This document shows, piece after piece, positions 20,616 through 34,430 of a stretch of 64,000 bases of DNA. Under the pieces are notes generated by a model. That model saw nothing but the letters and a program-made list of their open reading frames with translations, was not told the origin of the DNA and made no database searches. This DNA is from Camelus ferus. Taxonomy: Eukaryota. Location of the stretch: positions 35,962,001 to 36,026,000 of the forward strand of contig NC_045697.1 in NCBI RefSeq assembly GCF_009834535.1. The letters are read 5' to 3'. The first letter of the stretch is position 1; every line of letters begins with the position of its first letter. A program made the position numbers and the translations under genes.

Positions 20616-21090
20616 TCAGGGCATTTGATGTACAGTAATAATTCCTAACCCCTGATCACAAGGGCTGGAAAGAGAAAAAAAAAAACAACCACATTTCACA
20701 GACTCTCTTTCAGCTAGGAATGTGATGTGAATTAGGCTGCACCAATGAGATGCACTCATGCAAGATCTGGAAGATAGAGGTGCTATTTTTGCTGGAAAGC
20801 AAGTTAGAGAGACATGAATATTTGTGGTCCCACTTTGCATTCCACTGTCTGATCACCAGCTTCCTGATCATGATTGTCGAGGAGGCAGGAGTAGTAGCAG
20901 CAACAGCTTTCTGACACTGAGATTGTAACTGTCAATGTGCCCTTGAAATCCATCATACAGTGGCAGCCACCTTACTCTCACTGGCCCTCTCAATACCTTC
21001 GTAAACACCTAATTCCCTATATTAAATGCCTCTCTTCTTGAAATACATTTAGGTGGTTATGTTTCCTGCACTGTTTTCCGACTCTTACAC
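20616..21090 (+). mobile_element. ERVL LTR (LTR33-like)
   Basis: ACATTTCACAGACTCTCTTTCAGCTAGG...CCAATGAGATGCACTCATGCAAGA...ATTCCCTATATTAAAT. Confidence 0.65.
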
Positions 21091-21312
21091 TTTAAGATAT
21101 TTTTTACCCTGAAAAGTGTAATATTTTTATAGAGTCAATATGTCTACTATTTTTATTTTATAGTTGATGAGATTCCTGACTTGGTTAAGAAACATCCATG
21201 ACCCCAGATTACACAGTGTCTCCTAGATTATCATTTAAGATGCTTATGATTTAGTTTTTACATTTAAATTTTTTGTTCTATAAGATAAGGGTCAGTTTAC
21301 TTTTTCAGGTGG

Positions 21313-21694
21313 TGTTATGGATTGAATCGTGTCCACCTCAAAGGTGTATGCTGAAGCCCTAAACCCCCTCCAATGCAACTGCCTTTGGAAACAGGGCCTT
21401 GGAAAGAGGTCGTTAAGATTAAATCAGGTCATAAGCGTGGAGCTTTATCCAACATAACTGGTGTGCTTATAAAAATAGAAAAAAGTACCAGGGATTTGTG
21501 TACACAGAGAGAAGGCCATGTGAAAACCCAGCGAAAAGATGACCATCTGCCAGCCAAGGGGAGAGGCCTTGGGACAAGTCAGAGATGCCAGCACCTTGAT
21601 CTTGAACTTCTAGCCTCCAGAACTGTGAGAAAATAAATTTCTGTTGTTTAAGCCACCTGGCAGTTTGTCACCACAGCCTTAGCAAACTAGCACA
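21313..21694 (+). mobile_element. MaLR solo LTR (MLT1A/B-like) with 5-bp TSD
   Basis: TG...CA termini (TGTTATGGATTGAATCGTGT...AAACTAGCACA); TSD GGTGG at 21308-21312 and 21695-21699. Confidence 0.9.
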
Positions 21695-22054
21695 GGTGGA
21701 CAGACAGCTGTATCAACGTTATTTATGACTTAATTACTTTGCCCTCATTGAATTGAAATACCACTTTATCATGAATAAATTTTATACATATAAAGAGACT
21801 AACTTATGGATTCTCTAGTCTCTTCTTCTCTTCCATTCATCACTATGCCCATACCATACTGATTAGATTGTATTCATGGTACATTCTGATATTTGATAAG
21901 GCAAGTCCCCTCTCTCTGTTCTTCTTTCTTCCTCCACCCCCATGGGTTACTCCTTGAAAAACAGCATTTTCTCAGAGTGATACATGTACACAGTTGGAAA
22001 AACCAAATAGTACAATAAAGCTTGTAACTAAATGAGGAGTCCCTCTCTGGTCCT

Positions 22055-22260
22055 TAGTGATATGCTTATAAATATTTAACAACTGACTTTCTGGGGGAAA
22101 AAAAGGCTTTGATTTATAGTGTCTTCTGTTTCAGTGATGTAAATACTCCCACCATGACTGACTTCAAGGTCCCAGTGTGACATTGCTGAGCAGGGCACTG
22201 GGGACAGATGTGCCCAGCTGGCATCTCAAGCCAGAACAAGTCAACTCTAGCATACCTCTG
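22055..22260. mobile_element. MER63-like hAT-Blackjack element
   Basis: AAATATTTAACAACTG...GATGTAAATACTCCCACCATG...CTCTAGCATACCTCTG. Confidence 0.65.
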
Positions 22261-23364
22261 CCCACTCCTGAGTTTCTCTTCTAAAGCTCGTTTTAGCTGT
22301 TTTTCTGATACTTACATCCACACCTTTAAATGGTGTGCTTACATGACTATTTCACACATTTTAGGCATTATCAATTGGTATCTTGTGATGGATGATCAGA
22401 TACCATCAAATACCTTTTCTCTCCCCAGGCTCTCCCTTCCCCTCCCAGTAAAATTCTACCACAATTTTTGTTGAAATGAATACTCAATGTTCATTTTATT
22501 GTAGTTAGCTACTTATATACCCAATTACATGCCTAATTCTAATGTGATTCTTATGATTATATGCTACTTAGTAAGCCAAGTAATTTACCATGATAAAATT
22601 TCCTTTATTATGTATTTTTAAAAACTGTTTTTTCCTGATTGCTATGTTTCCCAAGTCTCTAATCTTTTTCTCCCAAACTCTCCAAGAGGAAACCCTGTGG
22701 TAAAGCTGGGAGATTCAAAGGCTGTCATTCGGGGAGCATTTGGCCCACTCTGCTTGCTGCTGCTGCCATTTGAGGCTATGAGGAAAACCATCTGTTTCTA
22801 TTATTATTCTGAGTAGAAAAAATCAAAACTTATTTCAGAGGAGAATTGACAACTCCCCAACACATAGCTGTGGGATGTAACTTTGCTTTACTAGTGCCGT
22901 CAAGGAAGACCCCCAAGCTCAGAATTGATACTATGCTGGTCACAGTTTGCAAATCCCTCCTAGCCTGTGGCCAAGACAACTGCAAAGCCCCTCTAGAGGA
23001 AAGTACCCACCTCTCAACTCAGGCCACTCGCCGCTTCCCCCAAGATCAAGTGCAGACCAATAGAGGCTCACAATAAAACATTACCCAGCACAAAAAAAAA
23101 AAAAAAAAGATTCACTGAGAATGAAAGTCAGCAAAAACACTAACAAAAAAAGGAGATTTCTGAGGATTTAAGACATTGGAATTATTAGCTACAGAACATA
23201 AACAATGCATAAATGTTTGAAAATTTAAAAAATGAAAGTAAGGATTAAGAAAGGAATAGAAAATTTAAAAAGAAATTTAATGTAAGTGCCATTTCCTGTG
23301 TGGAAAATAAACTTGTTTGAGGAAGAATCAAATAGAACTTTTGGAAATTACAAAAAAAAAAAAA

Positions 23365-23366
<2 letters not shown>

Positions 23367-23397
<31 letters not shown>
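23367..23397 (+). repeat. (CA)n microsatellite after a poly-A run
   Basis: About 15 CA units, seen directly. Confidence 0.95.
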
Positions 23398-23398
<1 letters not shown>

Positions 23399-24474
23399 CC
23401 ATTGAAATTATGCCCATCCTCTTTGAAGTCTCCCTTCTCCTCCTTTATCTAATGGAAATCTGAGTTTTCCCTATCTACTATGGAAATCTGAATCTTCCCT
23501 AGGACGCTGTTTGCCCTGCAGCCATCCCTAGTGTTGGCTGTTGTTTCTCCCACAGCTCTCCCACCTCTGAGCTTGCAGATTTGTTCGAGCATTTTCCTTG
23601 CTTCCCACTGCCACTCTTTCTCCCTCTTCCCCAGATTTTACCACCCCACTGCCTTTTGTGGTTGGTGTCTTGTACTGATTCACAAATTACTCTTCATTTA
23701 AAAATTATTTTAGCTCCTACTTCACTGATACTCTCTCCAATTGTACTCCTGTCTTAATTTGTGGCATATCAATATCCAAGCAGGCAATCCTTCCTGTATC
23801 CTCACCTCTCAGTGGTTCATTTCTTATGATTTCATTGCATGAATAGAGTATCATTTGTTTATGCATTCATCTGCCAATGGCCCTTTGAGTGGTTTCCAGT
23901 TTTGTGCCTATTGTAAACAAAGTTGCTATGAACATTCATGTGGGTCTTTTTAGCCAGATACAGTGATAAACAGATTCAGAGGTAACCAGCATATTCCAGC
24001 TGGTCCTTGATCTCCTTTGCTCTGCTTCTAGCTCTTCTTAAGAGCTAGCCCTGCTGACCAGCAGCAGCCCCCAGATCCACTGCAAATGCTTGCTGGTGGA
24101 TTCACAGGAGTGATAGCTACATAAAGGTAGCAGCTTCCCACAGATCTGTCCACAAACTCCCTCCTTATGATCCCATTTCAACATCTGGCCATGCTTAGCT
24201 TCTCAAGCATTCCACACTCATCTACCTATACCAGTGTGCAGAACAACTGGTCGTGACTATTTCTCTCATCCACTAACTCCACATTTTAGACCCTTCCTTG
24301 ACCAACTTCTCCCAAATCATTAAGATCTAAATCCCATAATTAATCCTCTATTCTGCAACACTTAGTGGCTTTGCTTTCCTGACCAATATATACCTCCCTC
24401 CCAAAATTGAAATGAACTATATTTCTTTGGTGTTCATTTTTTCCCCTCCTTCTTCTTTTTTAAAAATGAGAATT

Positions 24475-24920
24475 TTTTTAGCAGCTTTATTTGTGATAGC
24501 CTCAAGTCGAAAATAACTCAAGTATTCCATCAATAGTAGGAAGGGCAAATAACATGGATTTTATTCATAGAATGAGATGTTACATAGCAACAAAAAGAAT
24601 CACCAGTACCCTGCACAACCAGGGTGAGTCTACCAAATGCCAAGTGAAAGCAGCCAAACAACAAAGGGATCATACTGCATAATTCTACCTATATGAGCTT
24701 CAAAGTAGAGAAAAGTGGACTATGGTGACAGACGTTGGGACAGCATGTCTTTGGAATACCCTTGGAAGAGGGCTACAGTCTGGGAAGGGACATGAAGATT
24801 TTTTTCCAGTGATAGAAATGCTCAATATTGTGGTCTGGGTGATGTTTACAAGCATATATACATATGTTAAATTTTTAGCAAGCTGTTCAGTTATGATTAG
24901 TGTAATTTACCTTTGTATAT
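24475..24920 (+). mobile_element. Old L1 3' end (L1MB/ME-like)
   Basis: TAGCAGCTTTATTTGTGATAGCC...CATACTGCATAATTCTACCTATATGAGCTTCAAA. Confidence 0.75.
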
Positions 24921-25764
24921 ATGTATGGAGAGAGAGAGGAGCGTAGTCTCCTAGAATTTTGTCTGGACTCGAGTCTTGTTTGGACTTTTTTTCTTAATTT
25001 GTAATTTGAAATAATTACAGATTCACAGGAAGTTGCAATAGACAAGTACAGAGAGGTCTTGTGCATCTGTTACACAGTTTCCCTCAGTAGTTGCATCTTA
25101 CGGTTTTCATAATCACACTCCTCATCATCGTTTGGTTGACTACCAGTAGATTTGGAACCATGGTGTCATTTCTTATCAAAAATATCCAGAAAAGCTTGTT
25201 TCATCATTTATTGATAAGGATTAACATTTTAAAAAATACAGATTTTTGCTTCTTAATTTAGTTAATAACCTATAAGTTAAATAACAGACGATTAAAAATT
25301 AAAATAATTATAAAAATAATGAATTATAAAAATAAACACTTACATTTTCTCAGATTTTTACACACCTTTGTGTTACCCATGACAAACATACTTTAAAATG
25401 TCACGTGTTGTTGTGTGGCCCTGCTGTGCAGGCCTGGTCCTTGGCTCCCTCCACAAGTGTCTTAAGTCTGACGACTCCTGACTGGTCTAGACCGTGTTCA
25501 CTGAGATGCATCCACACAGAATGTAGCAGCAAAGTCAAATTGCCAAAAAGTTTCTAAGCATTTACTCAATTTGTCTACTAGTAACAAAGAATATGCAGAC
25601 CAGAGCTGGCTGGTGGACATACCTAGAACATTGTTAGTTCTGGTGGCAGAGGGGGAAAAGGCTCTTGATGAGTTGTGTAAAGTTAATTAAATGCATGGCT
25701 GAAGTGACAGGCAAAGCTGTGGTCACTGTTCTGGCTCCAAGCTCTGTCTGTTTTTGGAACTTGT

Positions 25765-25877
25765 TTACTTGTTTGTTGTTTTTTTGTTTGGGGGGGCAGG
25801 TTTATTTATTTATTTAAATGGAGATACTGGGGATTGAACCCAGGACCTGTACAATACCACTGAGCCGTACCCGCCCC
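25765..25877 (-). mobile_element. tRNA-derived camelid SINE (Vic-1-like, internally deleted)
   Basis: TTTATTTATTTATTTAAATGGAGATACTGGGGATTGAACCCAGGACC...CCACTGAGCCGTACCCGCCCC is the reverse complement of the SINE at 53215. Confidence 0.85.
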
Positions 25878-26843
25878 TGGAGCTTTCTGTTGAGTGTGGC
25901 CATTTTTAAATACTCTTTTTATGTTTGTCCACCATATCTATGTGTCTGTATTTGGAGTGGGGTCTGCATTAATTCAGAAGTCAAACTGCCTGAGCTCTAA
26001 CACAGGGCAAGTTACTCTACCCCTCTGGTCTCTGTTTCCTCACCTTAAAAATGGGAGAAAAAAAGAAACTTGTGGTAAAGATTAAATGTGGAAAGCATTT
26101 GGAACGGTGCACAGAGCATAAGCATCATTGGATAAATTTTTTATTATTAGTATGTTATCAGAAGTACCTCCCTTCAGTGATGCCCTGTAAGCTAAGTCGA
26201 ACCCCTGGAAAATTATTACCCCAGTGGTAAAATTTTAAAGTCTAATTTGAAGAAAAAAGCTGAGAACGTCTCTTCTGTTCCTGATTGGCTTTTGCCTTTT
26301 CCAGGAATCCCTGAATGCCACTGATTTAATGGGGTGGATGGGGGGCTCTTCTCAAATGTTTATCTTTGCATATGAGTATTAGAATCAGTTTTTCAAATTC
26401 CCCAGAAAATCTATGGAAATTGGATTGGGATTGCAGTGAATTCATAGATTAATGTGGGGAGAATTGAAATATTTGAAACAATTTTATAATTGATGATTTG
26501 GCAAAAGTTGCTTATAAAAATTATGTGAAAATGATGCCTTTTGGGGAGAGGGAGAAATTTTTAAATGTCTTTAGTATTTATTGGCTCCGTTGTGTTTAAA
26601 AAACTTTTTTTGTGCTGTCCAGCATCTGAAGTACCTCCCTGTTGGGAAATTCCCTACTGCAAGAATCTTAGCCAAAGGCAGGACCTGTATTCCATTGTTA
26701 AGAGTTGAAACCATGAAACATACACTTTCCTCTGCCATCTAGCGTCTAGGACCTGGGACTATGTTCTTGGCTCAGCTCACGGGACCCTCCTGCCCAAGAT
26801 TTTAAGCCTGGAGCAAATTAGCCAAGAATCAAGGACATTATAG

Positions 26844-26877
<34 letters not shown>

Positions 26878-28699
26878 TGAGGGGCAGTGGTATGAGAAGT
26901 AACATCAAATGTTTAGGAACAACATTTGGAAAGGCATCACGGTCCTTTCCAACGATGGCATGACTTGTCTGTGGATCCTTTTTTTGTTTAAAATTCATTG
27001 CTGCATTCAATGAGTTAATATTTTCTTTTAGCTATTTGCTGGTATGTTTATAAGAGACTGGCTGGTAATTCATTCCTTGCACTATCCTTTTTTCAGTTTT
27101 TGTAACAAGGCAAAATTATTTTCTGTTGCTTGAACATAGGGACAATGATTAACATAATTTTCTCTCCAAGTCTTCTTTTTCACATTGAATACATTTTAGT
27201 ATTTCATATTTTTCTAGAAAATTATCCCATTTCATATGTTTTCAACTTTATTGGCACAGAATATTCTTTGCTCATAGAATACTGTGTTCCTCTCTAGTGT
27301 ATCTGTGGTTATGATTTTATTTTCTGCCCTAATATTGCTTATTTATACTTTTTAAAAAATCAGTGTGGCCAGAGGTCCATTTCTTTTATTGGTTTTTTCA
27401 AAGAACAAGCTTTGGGTTCTATCAACTCTCTTGTTTGTCTTCTATTCTGTGAATTTCTTGTGTGGAGTGGATCCTTCATGTTGTCACTGTACCATAACTC
27501 CCAGACCTTTTTTGGTATCTATTGATGAACAAAGGGATTAGCAGGTTTCTGGCTTCTAAAGCCAGGCAGGAAGCCCAGTCTCAGCTCTGGGCCCTGCACA
27601 GGGTCCACTGCTTTAACGTTCAGCTCTTTAGGGGCATTAAAAGCTCAGCTCTGAAACCACTAACCCAGCCTGTCTCTCTGCAGGCTGCATGGATTTAATC
27701 CCTGCATAGCTCTGTGGCTATGAGTTACCACTTCACATTTAGCTCTTGGAGATATTCTTTTCTTATGCATGAGCATGAGTATGTGTTTTAAATGTTTTTC
27801 AAAAGACATTTTGTCCATTTCTATGTATTTAAAGTATACCAGAATTCTGTTTTTTTCTGTCATCTAAACTAGAAGTCACCAGTTGGTACATATATGTATG
27901 TTGCTAAAACTCCAAGCTCTCAGCTTTGCTCTCATTTTTCAGATTACCCCCAGACAGAGGTGGCCCTGTCAGAGAGAGGGAGTGCCTCTGAGCAGTGCCT
28001 CCTTCGACCCTGAGGTAGGACCGCGGAGATCCGCTCTGGGAGGAGACAGGGTTTCTGCATGGAGGACTGTCCTTGATGACTGCGTGAACGGCATGATTCA
28101 AGAGTGGTTGCCACAGAGAGGGTTAATATAGTGGGAGTGTCCCCACCCTCTGTGTTCCCTTCTCCTGCTCTGGTCTTGCTTTGACTCAATGTCTCCCCTC
28201 GCCTACATCAAGGAGAGTCTTGTCTTGACTTGCTGATTTCTGGGCCTTTGGGATTTAACATGGAGAAAATGGGTATGGATGACAGGGCAGGGGCGGAGGG
28301 ACGAAAGGAAAAGAGAATAAGGCTTCAAGAAAGAGGGGAGCATCGAGATTCTGAAGCACTGTCAGAATGTGAACCAATAAGATCCCTGAGATGACAAGGA
28401 TGCTGTGGGATATGACTCAGAATCCTTTATTGATCTTTGAAAATATAATTAATGACTAGAGATACTTTTTAACTATTTCTGGTTTTCAGACTTTTTTCTT
28501 CAAATGTGCTTAATGTTTAATTAGCAGTACGAGCCCCCGCTTATATCCTGGTTACAACTGGATAACTGCCCCCTTTATTTGCCCGGATCATTGATTCTTA
28601 TTGTGACTAGCTAAGTTTATTCTCATTCTCACCCACGGGGAGCAGCCCAGTATTTAAAAGCATTTTAAACAAATATGGCCACTTGGTAGAAATGAGCCC

Positions 28700-29020
28700 C
28701 CACCTAGGAGAAGAACACTTGGTTCTGTTCCCAGCCATGCACCAATTGGTTGTGTGACCATAAGCAAGTCACTTCACCTCTCTGAACTGCATCTTCATCA
28801 TCTGAAAAGGTGAACCTTTTGAACTAGATCAGTGGTCCTCAACCATGGGAGGTTCAACTCCCATGTGAGATATTTGGGGAAATGTGGAGCATTTTTCATT
28901 ATCACAGTGATTGTGGAGACACTGTTGACACTTGGAGGGCAGGGGACTGGAATGCAAAATATCTACCATGCTTGGAATGATCCCATCTGGTGAAAATTTG
29001 CCTCACAGGATGCCTCTGTG
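28700..29020. mobile_element. MIR fragment followed by MER20-like element
   Basis: TGTGTGACCATAAGCAAGTCACTTCACCTCTCTG; then CAGTGGTCCTCAACC...CATTTTTCATTATCACA. Confidence 0.7.
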
Positions 29021-29807
29021 CTAGATGCTCCTCTTATCTCTTAAGACTCTGGGTCATTTGTTCATTTCTCTTCATTTCTGCTTTCCTACTGTTTGCAATC
29101 CACTGGCCTCCCTTTGAGGCATCAGAACTGCTAAAAATTCAATTTCAGGGGCCCCCACATAAGACCTGAGTCAGCATCAAGATCTCCAGGTGACTCGCAC
29201 GTAGTCTAAAATTTGCTTTACTTGTTTGTCCATCTCACTCAGCCACAAAATGACAATGATATAAAATTTTTCTTATAAATCTTATAAAATCATTTATAAG
29301 GTTTAAAAAATAATGTTGTCACTATTCTTGGCATTTGAGTTCTTTGCATAAATTATTTCACTAACCCTCACAGAAACCTAATAAAAGAAGTTTCCTTTCC
29401 ACATTTGACAGGTTAAGGAAAAGGCTTCCTTATTATTACAAGCTAGCAAATGCAAGGGCTAGGACTTGAGCCCAGATTTGCTTGACCCCAAAGCCTGAGC
29501 TCGCCCCACTGTATTATATAGCTTCCTGTTGCTCTCTGTCTTTGTGATACTGGCTATCAAATGGAAACACCAAAAAAAAAAAAAAAAAATAGGGAAGGGG
29601 GCCTGGCTGCTATTTGTGACCATGCTCTGTTCACACAAATGGTGTACATCTAAAATACATGTGGCAGATGTCTGATCTGATTTATTGTTCACAAAGAAAG
29701 ATCCAGTGAATAAAACAATAAGTATGATCCCATTTTCTAGATACATTCCAAAATGTTATAGTCGGAGGCAGACCGAATATATTTTTTAAATGTAATTGCA
29801 TTATACA

Positions 29808-30200
29808 GTGTGGTAGAGGTGGCTGGCTAACTCTTCCTTAGCTTAGAGTTTGGACACAGCTGCCCAACCAGCCTCCTTTTCATCCCCCTCAGGACGTATG
29901 GCTAATTCTCACCAATGGGATGTGAACAGAAGTGCTGTGTCACTTCTGGGTGGGGTTTTAAGCTGTGCCTGTTTTCTGCTCCCCTCTGCCATCTGTCAGC
30001 CAGCTGCAGGGGACTCCAATGAAACAGGGGCTACTGGACCCACAACTTGGAAGGAGCCCAGGTCCCTGAATGACCACATGGAGGAACAGCCATTGACTGA
30101 ACAAGAACACCTGCCCTGAACTGTCACGTGAGCAAGAGGAAAGCTTCTGTTGTGCTGTGTGGTGCAAATTTGGGGTTTGTTATGGCATCCTGTCTAATAA
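29808..30200 (+). mobile_element. Old MaLR LTR (MLT1J-like)
   Basis: TGGAAGGAGCCCAGGTCCCTGAATGACCACATGGAG motif. Confidence 0.7.
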
Positions 30201-32029
30201 GAGTAAATAGTGCTACTCTGTCTAATACAAGTTATACCAACTGATCAACAATTACAATTTTTATCTTCTTCTTTTTATACATGTGTGATTTAAAAAAATA
30301 GTATTTGTGAGCTTTGGAGCTCTAGTTATGGCAGTGAGCATCCTCACTGGTTTTTTAACTCTGAAAACTCACATCATCTAAAAGATTCTACAGGGATCCA
30401 CAGAAGGAGTAGAAAACTGACAAGCTGACTAGTTGTCTCCCTCACTTCCTTTCACATGGACTCTGACCATATATAGAAGGTCATCTAAACATCCCTGAGT
30501 TATTACTACAGCAAAGGGACAGAGAGGTGTCAAAGATTCAGGACCAGCTACCAAAACGTTTGCTTGTCCTTGAGTTGAGTGTCATTTGATACACAATAAG
30601 TATGTGTAAACATGGGACAACAGTTTGCAAAGTGCTCTTAAGGGCATAAAGGAGAATGGATAAGAGATTTGCCTATCCTTTATCGTGATACCTTGTATAA
30701 ATAAAGGAAGCTGAATTTAAAACCTAGTTGACTACAAAGAATCAGTTTTTTTTTTTTAAAGCTGGACAGTGCCTTGGATTTAATTTCTAGCCAGTCATGC
30801 TGCATACTCTTAATGAACTGCAGTAACATGAACCAAAGGCAATAAAAAGCAAAGTTGACTTAACCATGAGGCTTGATAAGAACCCTGAAGAGTACACACT
30901 GTTGCAGGAGGGTTTTAATAGGTTTAAGATTACATCAAACATTTAAAAGAAGATGAAGGAAAGTTTTGTAATTGCTTGAAGTAACAGAGACATCAAGACA
31001 GTTTAACTGTTCAGAATGAGAATTAATGCACACATATGAAAATTTCGTGAGTTTAGCTCTAAACAGAAGAGACTGTATTCATGGACAATATCAAGGTACA
31101 ATGGCAATGACATTTGGATCCTCATAGTCCCATGATTGCTGTATTCTCCCCCTTAGTATCTGTACGAGGATGGCAACAGACCTTTGTGGACAGAGGCTTG
31201 ATTTTAAATGGATCCTTCACACTGCCTGGCTCTGTCTCCATCAAACCAAAACAGATAGATAAGGAAAACAAAGCTTTAAAAGTGCCAAATGATGCCAAGG
31301 TTTCTGACGTTTTCAAATAGCTAAGTGCTTGTACAGATATTTCCAAATTTGTAGATGTAGCTGTTGGCAGTTTATTTGACAAAATTCAGATAAGGGCTGG
31401 GACTTTTTATTTTTAGCACAATTATTTTTAGCACAAGGCTTCTATCAATGTTTAGTAATGGATGAGAGAGTAACTGCTTCAAATTCTTGACCCCAGGATG
31501 AGCCTGGGTATTCAGGGAGGCATTTGGAAAGACGCTTATCCCTCCAGACTTCTTGGGTACCACTGCCCCTTATTGAAACCTAGTAAGTCCTCTAAACATT
31601 CCTGAGTTATTCTAGAGAGGTGAAGGCATGTCAAAGATGTTGGGAACCTGGCAAAATGACCTAGTGGGCAGCCGAGCGCTTGGCAGCAGGAGATGCTCAA
31701 TAAGCACACGAGGAAATGTGGCCATCAGAAGAGAAGGTTCCCAGCATCCCTGTATCACAGCTGCCCACTTAATGGCACCTGGAGCCACAGCTTGGTAGAG
31801 ATTTCCTCTGCTCCCATCGAAAACCAGCTCTCCTCTCTGCACTGTTCACAGAGCCTGTTCACACTTGTCGACTGAAGATGTTCCAACAGTTCCCCTCTCT
31901 CCTATGTCAGAAAGTTTTCTCTCTTCAGTACCCTTCCCATAACCAAGTGCATGTGCCGTTATTTAAAACACACACGTGCACACACACAGCACCTTCTTTT
32001 GATTATACTTCCTCAGTTAGTCCTGCCAC

Positions 32030-33635
32030 ATTTATTTTAGAGTAAAACTCCTCAAAGGTATGTCTGTACTCACTGTCTCCAAGTCTCCTCTCATCTTTTC
32101 TTTGTCTTTCTTTCTTTCTTTTTTTCATTAACCTATAGTCAGTTACAATATGTCAATTCCTGGTGCACAGCATAATGTCCCAGTCATGCATATACATGCA
32201 TATGTTCACTTTCATATTCTCACTTTTTCTTAAACCTACTCTCATCAGGCTTTTTGTTCTACCCACTCCAGCACATCTGCCTCATCCAGCGAGGCTGCTG
32301 AATCCACACCAACCCATCAGTTCTCCATCCTCGTTTTAATTTGGTCTCTTCGTAGCCTTTGACCCACTGACTCACTCCTTCTTCCTTAATCATTTCCCTT
32401 GGCCTCCAGGATGTCAGACTCTCTTAGTTTGCTCCCTCCCTTGATGCTGGCTCTCCTTATTCTCCTTTGCTGTTTTTTCTTCTTTTTCCAATCTTTTAAA
32501 GTAGGAATGCCAACAGGCTCCAGTCATTGACCCTTTTTTCTATGCAGACACGTTTTCTTGGAGATTTTCTTTAATCTCGTAGCTTTAGAATCACCATGCA
32601 CATACCCACGACTCCAGAAGTTGTATCTTCACCTTAGCCCTGTCCCCCGAACTCAGATGTTCATCCATCTAACTGCTGTCTCAATATCTCCACTTGGATG
32701 TCTGACTGACTCCGCAAACTTGGCACTTCCCAGACTCCACACCTGGTCTTCTGTCTCCATGAAAGGCACCTCCATCCTTGCAGGTGCTCAGGTCAAAGGC
32801 CATGGAATAAATAAAGCCTTGGCTCCTAGTCCTCTCACACTCCACATCCAGTTCACACCCACGGGAGATCCTCCTGCTGACAACTTCACAACAGGTCCAG
32901 AATCTGACCAGGCTGGGCCGCCTTCACCCCTTCCACCCTGCTGGGAGCCACCAGAACCTCTCACTGTACAGGCCCCTCAACAGACTCCCTGTTTCTATCC
33001 TTGCCCCTTATAGTCTATTCCTGCACGGCAGCCAGAGTGATTTTTACAAAACAGAAGCCACATCATCCATCCTTTTCTCTCCTGCTTAGAAGCCTGCCCT
33101 AGCTCCTCATTCCATGCAGAGGAAGAGGCCCTGTCAGGCTCCACATGATCTGCACCACCCCCAACTTTCTTCTGTCACCCCGCCCCCCTTGCGCCCTTGG
33201 CTCCCACCACACTGCCCCCTTGCCTGCCTCAGGGTGGGGAGGGGGGGCTCCAGCACTCTCCTGCTTCGAGCCATTCTCCTGTTATCTGCTTGTCTGTGGT
33301 CTCACCTCCTCCAAGTCCCAGCTCAACTGTCACCTTCTCACTGGCGCCTGCTCTGATTACCCTTCTTAAAATTCCAACCTGAGCACCCAGATTCCTGAAA
33401 ATCCTTCCTCTGCTCTGCTTGGTCTTTTCCCATAGCACACACATTGCCTTCTAATATGCTGTACAGTTCCTCCTCTGTTATGTATGGTCTGGCTCCCTCC
33501 TCCTCCCCGCAAGGATGTGCACACCCGTGTGGGCCAGGGTCTGCATCTCTTGGGCTCACGGATGTACCTCAAGTGCTGAGGACAGGGTGGGGCACTGGGT
33601 GGGCGCTCCATAAGGATTTGTTGAGAGAATTGAAT
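32030..33635 (+). mobile_element. Long L2 (L2a-like) fragment with a short antisense L1 3' end inserted (about 32100-32220)
   Basis: Continuous L2 motifs (ATCTCCACTTGGATGTCT; CAGCCAGAGTGATTTTT; 3' end GGCGCTCCATAAGGATTTGTTGAGAGAATTGAAT). Confidence 0.85.
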
Positions 33636-33659
33636 TGGTAAGTGGAAGAATCTGGTTGT

Positions 33660-34430
33660 AAGATGGTGGTGGGCCATTCGCAGGCCCCAGGACTTTATCT
33701 CATTTAATCCTCGAAACAGCCACATGACATCAATGCATTTATTTCCCCCATTGTTCAGATCAGAAGCCTGAGGCCCAGGACATTTCTGCCCTCTGCCAGA
33801 GACCGTGTGACTGGAGGGTGGCGGAGCTGAGGTTTGAGCCCGGCCTGCAGGTTCAGCTTCCCCAGTCTCCTTCTCCGTTCCTGGGGGGAGTATTAATTGG
33901 TGCAGCTTTTCTGGAGGGTAAGTCAGCCTTACGTGTAAACAGCTTTTCACACATGTTCATTCCCTTCATTTTGTTTTAGAGGACTAATGACAGACACGCA
34001 CAAGACCGAACTACACCACTGTTTGTAATGAGGAACAAGCAAACAAAAAAAATCAGGGAGGAACCCGACTGGTGCATAGGAGGGAACTGATTTCTTAAAA
34101 AATCATGGTATTTTCACACAATGGAAAACTCCGTAGCCAGCAATTATGATGCTATAGAAGCATGTATAATGACATGGAAAAACCTTCCCAGTGTATGTTA
34201 AGTAGGAACAACAAAGACAACAAACCAGATACAACACTGTATACCCATCATGATTCCCCAGTTTGGAAAAATTCCATTATTTATGCACACACACGCACAC
34301 ACACACACACAAATAACTGGAAGGACTACACCAAAATGTTAATAATAGTTCTCCCGAATGGTCTGATTTTGGGTGATTTCTATTTTCTCTGTAAATTTCT
34401 GTGTAACTTTTGATAACAAGAAACAGTTAT
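33660..34430. mobile_element. MIR (minus) followed by an old L1 3' UTR (plus)
   Basis: ATCTCATTTAATCCTCGAAACAGCC; then ATTAATTGGTGCAGCTTTTCTGGAGGG...ACCAAAATGTTAATAATAGTT. Confidence 0.7.

Larger units (their letters stand above)
19170..21910 (-). mobile_element. Ancient fragmented L1 (L1ME-like) with ERVL/MaLR LTR insertions
   Basis: Antisense L1 motifs, e.g. GTGCCAAATTGCTTTCCAGAA, TGAATTGAAATACCACTTTATCAT and GATATTTGATAAGGCAAGTCCCC. Confidence 0.6.

Noticed and set aside
30300..31450. Unique-looking sequence with short ORFs (31114-31382) as possible exon
   Set aside because: No recognisable protein similarity or paired splice signals; could be conserved non-coding DNA, but this cannot be supported from sequence alone.
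32558..33950. 151-aa and 194-aa ORFs
   Set aside because: Lie inside L2 and MIR remnants; no homology recognised.
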